Shown here in pieces: positions 1 to 9,344 of a stretch of 64,000 bases of DNA. How positions within the stretch are numbered: the stretch's first letter is position 1; each line of letters opens with the position of its first letter. Both the position numbers and the translations under genes were made by a program. The notes under the pieces were generated by a model. The model worked only from the letters and a program-made list of their open reading frames with translations, was not told the origin of the DNA and searched no databases. The DNA comes from Candidatus Poribacteria bacterium (GTDB lineage Bacteria > Poribacteria > WGA-4E > WGA-3G), in assembly GCA_965198235.1 (NCBI GenBank), contig OZ240248.1:3680001-3744000 (forward strand), written 5' to 3'.

Positions 1-723
1 ACTTGCAGGAATACCGTGTTCTATTAGGACACGCCCTGGATCAATGGCAGTGGTTTTGTCCAACATCCCGTGGTCGGCTGTAATATAGATTTCACGTTCC
101 GGTTCATCATCAATGATGTCCCCGATAATCCGATCCAGTTCTGCGAGATGCTGTTGGGACAGTTCGTGATCGGGCGCGTATTTATGTTGAACCCAATCCG
201 TTGTCGAGCAGTAGACGAGTTCTGGGTTGTCTGTACGCAATATCTCATGCACGGCACGGAGCAACCACCAATTGATTTCAACTGAATAGATCGGTTCAAC
301 CGGTCCGACTGTGTGAATGTATTCAGGGGGTGGTGATTCAGCGGCGACCGCTACATCGGTGCCTGCTTCGAGCATCCGTAGTAATTTTTTCTTCGTCACG
401 AAGAGTGCGGTTTTATCTGCGAATTTGCAGGCTTTTGCGGTTTCAAAGAGTGTCGGCGCGAGGAGGAAGCGGTTGTCCTCAATAAATTCCCCTTTACCGG
501 TTGCCCTGTCTACATGGTAATTCGTCGTGATACCGTGTGTTTCTGGAAATGATCCGGTTGCAATGCTGACGTTGTTTACATTCGTGACTGAGGGGATAAC
601 GGCGTTAGCATGGACATAAAATCCGGATTTTGCCAACTGACGGATGGTAGGAATCTCGCTCGCGGCGAGGTAGTCGTGGCTACCCGCATCGATACAGAGG
701 ATGAGAATTTTTCGCCTTTTCAC
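1..723 (-). CDS. phnA: Phosphonoacetate hydrolase-like alkaline phosphatase/NPP superfamily enzyme (3' end outside the window)
   Basis: Not in the ORF track. Manual translation from GTG at 723: MKRRKILILCIDAG...IPSVTNVNNVSIATG...YCSTTDWVQHKYAP...ITADHGM, matching PhnA-type metal and nucleophile motifs. GGAG lies upstream. Confidence 0.8.
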   Translation of the reverse strand, partial: MKRRKILILCIDAGSHDYLAASEIPTIRQLAKSGFYVHANAVIPSVTNVNNVSIATGSFPETHGITTNYHVDRATGKGEFIEDNRFLLAPTLFETAKACKFADKTALFVTKKKLLRMLEAGTDVAVAAESPPPEYIHTVGPVEPIYSVEINWWLLRAVHEILRTDNPELVYCSTTDWVQHKYAPDHELSQQHLAELDRIIGDIIDDEPEREIYITADHGMLDKTTAIDPGRVLIEHGIPAS

Positions 724-966
724 GCTTTGTGTCTTGCTCCACTTTTTAATTTATGGGCTCTCGCTCTGCCCTCCACCATGTTTCGGGCATGGATCTGGTT
801 AATTCGTGTCTGGAAGTGGGACCTGTACGTTCTTTTTGCCTTAAAATTGTAACAGTTATCAACATGAATTGCAAACTTTTTCGCATGGACTGGGTTTTTA
901 GATTGTTATTCCGAGTGAAATCTGATATAATTAGTTTAAAATCGGTAGCATACGGAGATCTAAATC

Positions 967-1620
967 ATGCACATGAACAATGGATCTTCCGAATTAGCGA
1001 AGCTGATATTCAAGAATTCGGCAGACGAAGAGAAACTCAAACAACTTCTGATTTCTAAATATTCAGAGACCGATCTCACTTCCTATCTTCACAGCAAAGA
1101 GCCATTACTTGGACGCGCTGCGGGATTCGCGCTTCGGTTAGTTGGTAGTTCAAAAGCGATTCCTGCCTTGGTAGACGCTCTGAAAAATAAGGACCGTGGT
1201 ACCCGTTTCAATGCAGAGTACGCGTTGTGGGAAATCTGGTCTCATTCTGGCGACGACGCTGTTGACACGATGCTTGAGGATGGTAAAAACTTACTCAAAA
1301 ATGAGTCGTATCAGCAAGCCGCTGAATGCTTCACTTCCGTAATTGAGACGGATCCGAAATTTGCTGAGGGTTATAACCAACGCGCAATCGCTTATTTCAT
1401 GCTTGAGGAATGGAGTCAGGCGATTCGTGATTGCAAACGGACTATTTCCCTCAACCCGAATCACTTCGGTGCGTTTGCCGGGATGGGACACGTTTATGTC
1501 AGACTCGGTAAGATTGAAGAAGCAATTGAGGCATATAAGCAAGCGTTGGTTATTAACCCGAACCTAATCTCTATCGCTGAAGCAGTATTACGGCTTCGTA
1601 GCCGAACGCAAAGTGAATGA
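967..1620 (+). CDS. HEAT-repeat + TPR protein
   Basis: HEAT-like AIPALVDALKNKD..R.NAEYALW followed by TPR repeats (AEGYNQRAIAY, AFAGMGHVY..LG..EEAIEAYKQAL.INP). Confidence 0.85.
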   Translation: MHMNNGSSELAKLIFKNSADEEKLKQLLISKYSETDLTSYLHSKEPLLGRAAGFALRLVGSSKAIPALVDALKNKDRGTRFNAEYALWEIWSHSGDDAVDTMLEDGKNLLKNESYQQAAECFTSVIETDPKFAEGYNQRAIAYFMLEEWSQAIRDCKRTISLNPNHFGAFAGMGHVYVRLGKIEEAIEAYKQALVINPNLISIAEAVLRLRSRTQSE

Positions 1621-2405
1621 ATCAGTTTATGGATACGACTTTGGGTGATCGAAACCACTTCCTGAGAACACTTATAACTTGGTTTGTTATCGCGAGTTTT
1701 TTGCTCTGGCTTATTTATAGGGTGTTAATGCAAGCAAAACTCGGTTTACCGATAGAGTGTTTTTTCATGGCGCAGGTGTTCGTCGTCCTTTTGGTCGCAC
1801 CTTATCTTGCCGCCCGCACTGTTCATTGCGACTTCCTAAGCGCAAACCTTGATTCACAGTTTACACTCAGTTCGCTCTCTTCTGGACAGCGGTTGTTGAA
1901 ACTGCTTCTGATAAGTCAGATACCGCTATTATGTTGGGTGTTTTTATCGATAGGTGCAGCGCTGTTCGTTACTCGCGTTCCCTTCACGAAGGCGTTCCAG
2001 ATGTTCGTTATACTGGGGATTTATAGTTTCTCGGCAGCGGCGGTCGGAATATGGGGTGCTCAGGTTTTCCGGGATGCCCTCTTCAGTGCAGAGTTTGCCA
2101 CCCTATTATGGTGTGTTTTGATTGGTGGCGCGTTTCTGCTCAACCCATTAAAACGGTATGTGGACGATCTTCAACCTTTCATTCCACCAGTCTTACACCT
2201 GAACCCGCTTATTGTTGTGTGCTGTATCTTTGAGGGGTTGGACCTCTTTAGAAATCCGCTTCTCTATGAACTAACGCCGGTGCCCTCATATATTTTCGTC
2301 TATCCAAAGCCGTGGTATCTTGTGGGAATATGGCAGATAGTGATTGGTGGGTGCTGTTTTTTAGGCGCATGGCAGATAAGTAGATCCCGTAGATATGCTG
2401 CATGA
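1617..2405 (+). CDS. Polytopic membrane protein (possibly ABC-2 permease-like)
   Basis: About 6 hydrophobic segments; ATGA overlap with the upstream gene. Confidence 0.65.
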   Translation: MNQFMDTTLGDRNHFLRTLITWFVIASFLLWLIYRVLMQAKLGLPIECFFMAQVFVVLLVAPYLAARTVHCDFLSANLDSQFTLSSLSSGQRLLKLLLISQIPLLCWVFLSIGAALFVTRVPFTKAFQMFVILGIYSFSAAAVGIWGAQVFRDALFSAEFATLLWCVLIGGAFLLNPLKRYVDDLQPFIPPVLHLNPLIVVCCIFEGLDLFRNPLLYELTPVPSYIFVYPKPWYLVGIWQIVIGGCCFLGAWQISRSRRYAA

Positions 2406-2424
2406 AGTTTACAGAGAGGATTAC

Positions 2425-3825
2425 ATGGGCAAAGTAGAAAAACCGATTGTTAGTGTTTCAGGTGTTCGTGGTGAGGTTGGCGTTTCGCTCGATGTCCGAA
2501 TCATTACGCGATTTGCAATGGCGTTCGGCACCTTTGTTGGCGGTAGAACAGTCGTTATTGGCAGAGATTCTCGAACCTCAAGCCCGACAGTCCGACACGC
2601 AGTACTTGCTGGGCTTTTCGCCACAGGATGTCACGTCATTGATGTAGGGCTTTGTCCGACACCGACGATACTCCTCACGGCGAAAGCACTGCGCGCACAA
2701 GGGAGTATTACCATTACAGCCAGCCATAATCCTGTTGCGTGGAACGGAATCGAATTTGCCTCTGCTTCCGGACGACTGCTAACACAAGAAGAACGAGACG
2801 AATTGATGCGGATTTACGAAACAGAGGATTTCGCGCTTGCCCCTTGGAACGAACAAGGAACGCTTGAGACCTATGGCGATGCGGTCGGCTACCACCTCGA
2901 TCAGATTCTGTGTTTCCCTTGGCTGGCACCGGATTTAATCCAGAAAGCTGAATTGAAGGTCGTAATTGATTGTGGCAACGGTGCCGGAAGTGTGATGAGT
3001 CCGTCCCTCTTGCGGAAACTTGGTTGTCGAGTTGTTGCGCTTCATTGTGTCGCCGATGGACATTTTCGCCGTCCTGCCGAGCCTACACCTGAGGCGTTAG
3101 ATGCGCTTTGTAAGACAGTTCTTGCTTCTGGTGCCGATATTGGCTTTGCCCACGACGGGGATGCCGACCGGCTTGTCGTTGTTACAGAGCGCGGCGTTCC
3201 ATTGAGTGGTGAATGGACGCTCGCCTTTAGTGCTGATTTTATGCTTAGTAAGACGAAGGGCGATGTCGTTGCTACGGTATCAACGAGTCGAATGTTGGAT
3301 GATATTGCGGCAAATCACGGTGTCACGCTCCACCGAACGAAAGTCGGTGTCGGTTGGGTCGTTGAGAAGATGCACGAAGTGAATGCAGCTGTCGGCGGTG
3401 AAGGCACTGGTGGCGTTATCTATCCTGATATCCACTACACAACGGATGGCATCGCTTCTATTGCCGCAATTGTGCAGTATCTCGCTGAATCTGGGGCGGC
3501 GGTAACGCAACTTGTGGAGAACATGCCGCAATATCAGATGTGCCGAAAGAAATTGGAAATCCCGTCACAAGAACTTGCGACACGTCTTGTGGATCACGCT
3601 TTGGAGGTTTATAAAGAAGCGTGTGACGCTGGAACAGCACCGCAACTCGAACTAACGGACGGTGTTAAACGGGTCTGGAACGACCGATGGGTGAACATCC
3701 GCCCGTCCGGCACAGAGCCTGTAATTCGGGTCTTTAGTGAGGCACCGACTCTGACTGCAGCGGAACAGTTGTGTGACGAAACGATTGAAACGTTGACGAC
3801 GTTAATGAAACAGATTTCGTATTAA
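2425..3825 (+). CDS. glmM: Phosphoglucosamine mutase / phosphomannomutase (alpha-D-phosphohexomutase family)
   Basis: TASHNP catalytic Ser loop, DGDADR metal loop, GEGTGG, RPSGTEP. Start moved to ATG 2425, which follows GAGAGGA. Substrate (GlcN vs Man/Glc) not determinable. Confidence 0.8.
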   Translation: MGKVEKPIVSVSGVRGEVGVSLDVRIITRFAMAFGTFVGGRTVVIGRDSRTSSPTVRHAVLAGLFATGCHVIDVGLCPTPTILLTAKALRAQGSITITASHNPVAWNGIEFASASGRLLTQEERDELMRIYETEDFALAPWNEQGTLETYGDAVGYHLDQILCFPWLAPDLIQKAELKVVIDCGNGAGSVMSPSLLRKLGCRVVALHCVADGHFRRPAEPTPEALDALCKTVLASGADIGFAHDGDADRLVVVTERGVPLSGEWTLAFSADFMLSKTKGDVVATVSTSRMLDDIAANHGVTLHRTKVGVGWVVEKMHEVNAAVGGEGTGGVIYPDIHYTTDGIASIAAIVQYLAESGAAVTQLVENMPQYQMCRKKLEIPSQELATRLVDHALEVYKEACDAGTAPQLELTDGVKRVWNDRWVNIRPSGTEPVIRVFSEAPTLTAAEQLCDETIETLTTLMKQISY

Positions 3826-3859
3826 TTCCGTTATCTATTATGTTGCGCTGTCCAGCCTT

Positions 3860-3920
3860 TTTTCTAACTATTAACTCTGGGCACCGTTTCTTTTTCTTAC
3901 ACGGCGGTTTTCGGTTGATG
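3860..3920 (-). repeat. Copy of the 'AACCGAAAACC-hairpin-GCCCAG-TTAATAGTTA' intergenic repeat
   Basis: Reverse complement atcaaccgaaaaccgccg...cggtgcccagagttaatagtta matches 38143-38198. Confidence 0.6.
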
Positions 3921-3958
3921 TCAACTGCAGTCAATCGTTTAAAAAATTTGGAGAAATT

Positions 3959-5203
3959 ATGGCTTTGAAACTTGCCTGCATCGGAGGCGGAAGTGGTTTA
4001 TCCGCTCTGTTGAGTGGCATTAAACACTATGCCGATCTGGAGAAAAGTAAAGATCACCTTATTGATTTGGATAGTCTGGCGGCAATTGTTACCGTTTCTG
4101 ATGATGGTGGAAGTTCAGGGCGCCTCGTTGAAGAGTTTGACATGCTCCCACCGGGTGATATCCGCAGGCTCCTATTCACGTTATCCGATGCTGATGAACT
4201 CGCGGGGCTTTTTGAGTATCGTTTTTCAAGCAATGGTGAACTCGGTGGGCATACTGTCGGCAATCTCTTATTAACAGCACTGACAGAAAAGTTTGAGGGG
4301 AACTTCCCGAAAGCGATTCAGGCGGCATCAAGATTACTCTCGGTTCGTGGGCAGATTATTCCTGTTACATTGGATTATACCGTTTTGTGTGCAGAACTCG
4401 CCGATGGAGAGATTGTTCGAGGCGAATCCACTATACCCGTGCGGGAAAATCGTGAACCGATCAAGCGCGTCTTTTTTGAACCCCGCGAGAATGGGAAGAC
4501 GCATCATTCTCCCGATGAAATCTATGAATGTCAAGCGCATGAAGGGGCTGTGGAAGCACTGTTTAACGCCGACGTAATTCTCATCGGTCCGGGGAGCCTT
4601 TATACCAGCATTATGCCAAATCTGGTTATCAAAGGTGTCGTCGAAACGATTCAGCGTTCAGACGCGATTAAAATCTATGTCTGTAACGTTATGACACAGC
4701 CAGGTGAAACCGATGGTTATGCGGTTACGGATCATGTTAACGCTATTTTGGACCACGCCAGGATTCCGCTAAATTACGTCGTAGTTAATAACCAACCCGC
4801 TCCAACGGAAATCATGCAAGAGTATGTTCGGAAGGAATTGGTGTCGCAGTTGACTCGGATTCGCTCACTTGCTGAGGAAGGGCTGTCGATGCTCTATGAA
4901 GATACGCAGCACCTCATGGACGTGCTGAACTTGGCGAAAGATATTTCGTTGTTATCCGTTGAGACGATGCAAGTCGCAGACGCGTCAAAAGTGCAAGTGT
5001 CTTATGATCGTGAGCAGGAGAACCTTGAGGCACAGGGGATCAGTGTGATTGAGGCGGACCTCATTCGGGATATGGTCGTCACTGAATTTGGCACATGGTT
5101 AGGCGGTGTCCAGATGAACGTTATTCGCCACGATCCCGAAAAGTTGGTCCGCTCTCTTATGAAAATCTTTCGGAACCATCCAAAACTTCAAGAGTCGGTT
5201 TGA
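3959..5203 (+). CDS. yvcK: YvcK/GlmR family UDP-GlcNAc-binding protein (gluconeogenesis factor)
   Basis: GGGSG, VSDDGGSSG, PPGDIR, GHTVGNL, GPGSLYTS, NVMTQPGET, RHDP motifs. Confidence 0.92.
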   Translation: MALKLACIGGGSGLSALLSGIKHYADLEKSKDHLIDLDSLAAIVTVSDDGGSSGRLVEEFDMLPPGDIRRLLFTLSDADELAGLFEYRFSSNGELGGHTVGNLLLTALTEKFEGNFPKAIQAASRLLSVRGQIIPVTLDYTVLCAELADGEIVRGESTIPVRENREPIKRVFFEPRENGKTHHSPDEIYECQAHEGAVEALFNADVILIGPGSLYTSIMPNLVIKGVVETIQRSDAIKIYVCNVMTQPGETDGYAVTDHVNAILDHARIPLNYVVVNNQPAPTEIMQEYVRKELVSQLTRIRSLAEEGLSMLYEDTQHLMDVLNLAKDISLLSVETMQVADASKVQVSYDREQENLEAQGISVIEADLIRDMVVTEFGTWLGGVQMNVIRHDPEKLVRSLMKIFRNHPKLQESV

Positions 5204-5237
5204 TTAAAGAGGGTTCCGGTTGCTATACGGAAACTGA

Positions 5238-5441
5238 TTAGTGCCGTGATGGGTTAGATTGCTTAGAGGGGGCGGTGCCTTTCGCAGCAATCTGGTAGGC
5301 GAATGTATCACAAATCTGGGACAAATTATCAATGAAAAGTTCCCAGCGTAATTCATCTTGACGTGCGTTCGCTATCGCGAGGCACAAAGCTGTTTCATAT
5401 AAGGATGGACGATTCTTCTTGCGGACATCAGTGGATTTCAT
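5238..5441 (-). CDS. Small hypothetical protein (67 aa)
   Basis: ATG preceded by AAAGGGG; isolated ORF with an AT-rich upstream region. Confidence 0.5.
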   Translation of the reverse strand: MKSTDVRKKNRPSLYETALCLAIANARQDELRWELFIDNLSQICDTFAYQIAAKGTAPSKQSNPSRH

Positions 5442-5589
5442 AACTTTACCCCTTTCTAAAAATAGTTAGTATGAATTTCTCTAAAAAAAATAAATATATA
5501 CTCCAACACAGCGTATAAACGGATGTTCTGCCAAAAAGGTTACACTTTATTACAAAAAAAAGAATAATTTTGCAGAAACACCCTCACCA

Positions 5590-5618
5590 CCGCTGGCGAG
5601 GATTGTATCCTCGCCTAC
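5590..5618 (-). repeat. GTAG-type REP hairpin (GTAGGCGAGG-n-CCTCGCCAGCGG)
   Basis: ccgctggcgaggattgtatcctcgcctac; related copies near 22508-22536, 45317-45345 and a degenerate one near 16950-16975. Confidence 0.7.
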
Positions 5619-5943
5619 CACACCGTCGCCTTCTCGTGAACGAGGCATCTTTAGAACCTTACTGTAAGGTTCTTTTTTATTTAACCTAATTGCAATTGCA
5701 AGAACGGTGCCACATTCACATGTCCGCTTGTTATGAGCATTGTGTGGAGGGAAGCCCTTGAATAGCGCATGCATCTGCCTATTTTTTACGCGGGTTCGGT
5801 GTATTTTTCACACATTACCCGAAACACGTTTTTCATGGATAGGCAGAGGCGTTCAGTTCTCCCGTAGCAGGGATTTCCGAATTCTGAGTGACGGAGAAAA
5901 CACCGAAAAGCCGAAAACTAAATAGCCTGTTATTTTATAGATA

Positions 5944-6364
5944 CTAAACTTTGGACAATTGTTCAGACATAGCACTCCGCTGGAGTGCCGGACTTCCTAC
6001 GATTCGCCGCTATAGACATATTGCTCCGCTGGAGCAAAGACCAATCTCCTATCCGTTTTCAAGACGCTATAGACATATTGCTCCGCTGGAGCAAAGACCA
6101 ATCTCCTATCCGTTTTCAAGACGCAGGAAATATGGAAACCCACTCCTACCAATAGCAATGCGGGCTCCTCACGCCAGCGGCGTGATATGTCTATAGAAAT
6201 AGGAGGCAAAGGGCCCCGCACTCCAGCGGAGTGCTATGTATAGCTGGGGGAGGGTTGAAGATAAATATGTTTTTTCTGGGTTCTTCCAAACACAAAACTC
6301 ATAGAAAAATAAGAAGATGTTGGAAAATGCCACGTTCAACCCACATAAATTGTCCAAACTTTAG
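5944..6364. mobile_element. MITE-like element with 17-bp TIRs and 8-bp target duplication, carrying five REP hairpins
   Basis: TIRs ctaaactttggacaatt (5944-5960) and aattgtccaaactttag (6348-6364), 1 mismatch. tatagata flanks both sides (5936-5943, 6365-6372). Internal 57-bp tandem duplication at 6008-6124. Confidence 0.8.
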
Positions 6365-6625
6365 TATAGATACAACTGAAAGGCAAAAAGGTTGCATAAT
6401 TTTTCAAATAGTCATCAGCGGTCAGCGGTCAGTGGTCAGGAAGTTGGGAAGTGTGCGAAAGTTCGGAATGCCTCGCAGTGAGAGCTGAACCGGGATTTAT
6501 GAGCTTCTTCGATCTTTATAGGATTATAGAGGTTGTAGGATTGAAAGTTCTCCGTGTTGCGCCTGCAATTGTTGGGTTTCGCTCGCGCTCTACCCATCGC
6601 CGTCAATTTAAGAAAGAAATTCACC

Positions 6626-6872
6626 GTAGGTTGGGTTGAACGGGCGGAACCAAGACGCTAGCACCTCAAAGAAAGTCGCTATTGGCTCCATACACCCTCT
6701 ATCGCAGAGAGACCGAGTGAAACCCAACGTTTTTCCCGTGTGTGCTTTCTTGAGATGTAGGGGTATAAAGTTGGGTTTCACTACGTCTTTGACGGGATAC
6801 AGCGGCTATTATGTTTCAGAGGTGTTTGGGTCGTTGACACTCGACTTTTCAACCTCGTTCAACCCAACCTAC
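6626..6872. repeat. REPIN-like inverted REP pair (GTAGGTTGGGTTGAACG family)
   Basis: Perfect 17-bp inverted repeats at 6626-6642 and 6856-6872; inner inverted pair at 6716-6728 and 6770-6782; another half copy near 49274-49374. Confidence 0.8.
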
Positions 6873-6890
6873 GGCACTGATTTGGTATAA

Positions 6891-8723
6891 CTACTGTTTC
6901 ATTTTGATTTCTGCCCATGTGGTTGTCAACCGCTCTTTTGGGGTGACCGGCTTCCGATCGACAAGCCCCATCAACGCCTCTGAGACAACATCTGCCAGCG
7001 GCAACCCATCCCCGAGAATCTCATCGCTCTCCTGCGACCTATAGAAACCGAGGATCGTTCCTGTCTTCTCATGAAATAAAATGGAGCCGTCCGAGACGCT
7101 GTTCGCAGGACCACACGTATGCTGCCATAAACCTTTCGCTCCCAACCCGACATGCGGCACTGACACACACGCACGCACCTGAAGTGGAAGATTCAATGCG
7201 TTATCTTTGTCATTCCCTTTCAACGCAATACCCGACCCAAACTTATATGTCAGCAGTTCGACATCTGTTTCTGTGAGAATGGGGTCTGTTGATACCAGTA
7301 ACGGTTCATAAGCTGAGAGATCTACGTCTCTGATTGCCAGAAGCACGCTGCCTGTTTCACCGTCCGCACCGGGAAACGATGCGATTTCCCGAATCTTGAT
7401 ACTCTCCGCAACGACACCCGAATGACTCACGAGTGTGAAGTCTCCTTTGCTGAGGAACTTCTCTATGGAATCACCTTCACGTTTCTGCGCAACAAACAGC
7501 GCACCCTCGCCAAGCACCGTCCCCAAATAACCGGCGTGGAAAATCATATTCGGATCGTGGAGTAGGTAAAATACGGAGCGATGGTATGCCGGGGCGGGCT
7601 TGTTTACTGCGGTCCAGTCGGATTCACGCTGTTTCTGCTCAAGAAGCCGTTCGATGATACCGTAAGACTTACGCTTTGCTGCCCAAAACAACGCCGTGCT
7701 TCCCTCGGCATTCCTCACATTCACATCAATATCCTTATGAGAGAGAAGTCTCTCCAACAAACGCGGATATTCTTTTTCCACCGCATAGTGCAGGGCAGTC
7801 AAACCGTCCTCGTCTGTGGCGTTGACATCGGTATTTCTGTCTTCATTGATAACTCGGAGAGCGAAACTTTCACTGTTGTTGTGCTTGATTTCAAAAATAA
7901 GCGGAGACTTCGGACAACACCCATCGGGCGATGTCTCTAACTCATAATCAGGGAAAATACAATCCTCTAATGGGAGATTTTCGTGATAGAACTTGTAAAG
8001 CCAGACGATCCCGTTGGCATCATCCTGACTGATACTACGAGGTGCAATGAGACGAATGAGACCACACATAATCGAAGCGGGTTGGTGACCGATAGTGCCC
8101 CATAAGCCCCCTCTGCTGACTCTTAACTCTTCCATCTCCAATTCCAACCTTGGATATGTATCCCCTAAACCGAAAGAATGACCGATCTCATGCAGGAGAG
8201 CGAATGAAAATTTTGGGTTCACATCTGTGCCTTGGTGTATTATGAGGAGTGGTGGTTTATGTTCTTCCGGCCCTACCAATGCATGCGATTTGTCAAAGTT
8301 GCAGTAGAATTCGATGAGCAGGTCATAGAATAGCAAATCCGCATCATTTTTGATTACAAGATTCGGCACATAGCGAAAATCGTTGACGACGGGTTTGCCG
8401 GTATTCAAGTCCCGGACGGGCTGTAACCATGCGTTCAAGGCTTGGGTGATGGCTTCCTCTATCGCCTCACCGTTGTTTCTTGCCCTTGGTCGACAATTGT
8501 CGGCGTACCAGTAGCCAATCACCCACTGATCCTTATGCACCCTGCGGATGAGGTTGTTGAGTTTTCTTGTAGTCCTGGGATTTTGATGGTCAAACGCAAT
8601 AAATCCGTCTGTTGTGGGGGCACTGCTGAACAACACGCCTATCGCCACCGCAAGCGTCAGGAGAATCTGCGCGCCCTGTAGGAGGGATTTGTAATCCCGA
8701 TGCTTCTTTTTCATGAGTAGCAT
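6891..8723 (-). CDS. Secreted metzincin-type zinc metalloprotease with ankyrin repeats, a degenerate trypsin-like region and a conserved C-terminal tail
   Basis: Signal-like N-terminus; HEIGHSFGLGD plus SIM Met-turn; ankyrin repeats (DVNATDEDGLTALHYAV, DVNVRNAEGSTALFWAA); tail VTPKERLTTTWAEIK. Start probably ATG 8714. Confidence 0.8.
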   Translation of the reverse strand: MLLMKKKHRDYKSLLQGAQILLTLAVAIGVLFSSAPTTDGFIAFDHQNPRTTRKLNNLIRRVHKDQWVIGYWYADNCRPRARNNGEAIEEAITQALNAWLQPVRDLNTGKPVVNDFRYVPNLVIKNDADLLFYDLLIEFYCNFDKSHALVGPEEHKPPLLIIHQGTDVNPKFSFALLHEIGHSFGLGDTYPRLELEMEELRVSRGGLWGTIGHQPASIMCGLIRLIAPRSISQDDANGIVWLYKFYHENLPLEDCIFPDYELETSPDGCCPKSPLIFEIKHNNSESFALRVINEDRNTDVNATDEDGLTALHYAVEKEYPRLLERLLSHKDIDVNVRNAEGSTALFWAAKRKSYGIIERLLEQKQRESDWTAVNKPAPAYHRSVFYLLHDPNMIFHAGYLGTVLGEGALFVAQKREGDSIEKFLSKGDFTLVSHSGVVAESIKIREIASFPGADGETGSVLLAIRDVDLSAYEPLLVSTDPILTETDVELLTYKFGSGIALKGNDKDNALNLPLQVRACVSVPHVGLGAKGLWQHTCGPANSVSDGSILFHEKTGTILGFYRSQESDEILGDGLPLADVVSEALMGLVDRKPVTPKERLTTTWAEIKMKQ

Positions 8724-8744
8724 ACTGTTTTTTGTCTCCTGTGT

Positions 8745-9180
8745 GCTATCGGTTATCGGTTATCGGTTATTAGTTGTCAGTTGTTCCTCGTCTGAATCGC
8801 GGATGACGCGGATTTTAAGAGGGAGTCGGGATTCGGAGATCGCTCCTATAACGGCGGTCAGTCGTCAGCCGTCAGCGGTCAGTAGGAATCGAGGAAGGTC
8901 GGGGAAATCCGCAGAAATCCGCGGGGAAAAAGAAATCCGCAGAAATCCGCAGAAACGCCCAAGCAAAAACCCCAAGCAAAAACCCCTATCAAGGGAAAAT
9001 TGAGGAAATTGAGGAAACGCCCTATCAAAAACCCCTATCAATACGCAGAAATACCCAAGCAAAAACACCCCAAGCAAAAACACCCCAAGCAAAAACACCC
9101 CTCCCACAGGTATTGCAGATGATAACAGATTTCGGGGAAAAGTCAAGAAAAGTCGGGAATCGGAGTTCCCTCCTACAGGA
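8745..9180. repeat. Mosaic of short tandem repeats and REP hairpins
   Basis: (tatcggt)n, (gtcagcc/g)n, (gaaatccgca)n, (aaaaacaccccaagc)x3, and two GTCGGGA-T/A-TCGGAG..CTCCTA hairpins. Modules recur at 47165-47310 and 49197-49222. Confidence 0.8.
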
Positions 9181-9215
9181 GAACTGAATGCCTCTGTACG
9201 GGAGGACTGAAAATT

Positions 9216-9244
9216 TTGACTTTAACGTGTTTTGAGGGTATAAT
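9216..9244 (+). promoter_or_regulatory. Sigma70-type promoter for glnS-gltX
   Basis: TTGACT-17 bp-TATAAT. Confidence 0.7.
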
Positions 9245-9344
9245 TATTAACATGATGTTCCAATCTCTATAAACGTGCCGCTTCACAAGAGCGGCAGTCT
9301 CTGTAACACGCCCAAAACAGCATATATTGCATGGTATTATAGAT

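Noticed and set aside
6008-6124. Possible CRISPR array (palindromic repeat with regular spacing)
   Set aside because: The two 'spacers' are identical (57-bp tandem duplication), other copies are inverted, and no cas genes are present. It is a REP cluster.
5550-6890. Multiple 60-85 aa ORFs in the track
   Set aside because: They translate repeat or MITE DNA and lack protein-like features.
8713-9146. ORFs 8713-9003 and 8865-9146
   Set aside because: Translations of short tandem repeats (for example GVFLL x3).
9245-9344. T-box leader before glnS
   Set aside because: The leader is only about 100 nt with one hairpin and no T-box consensus or terminator.
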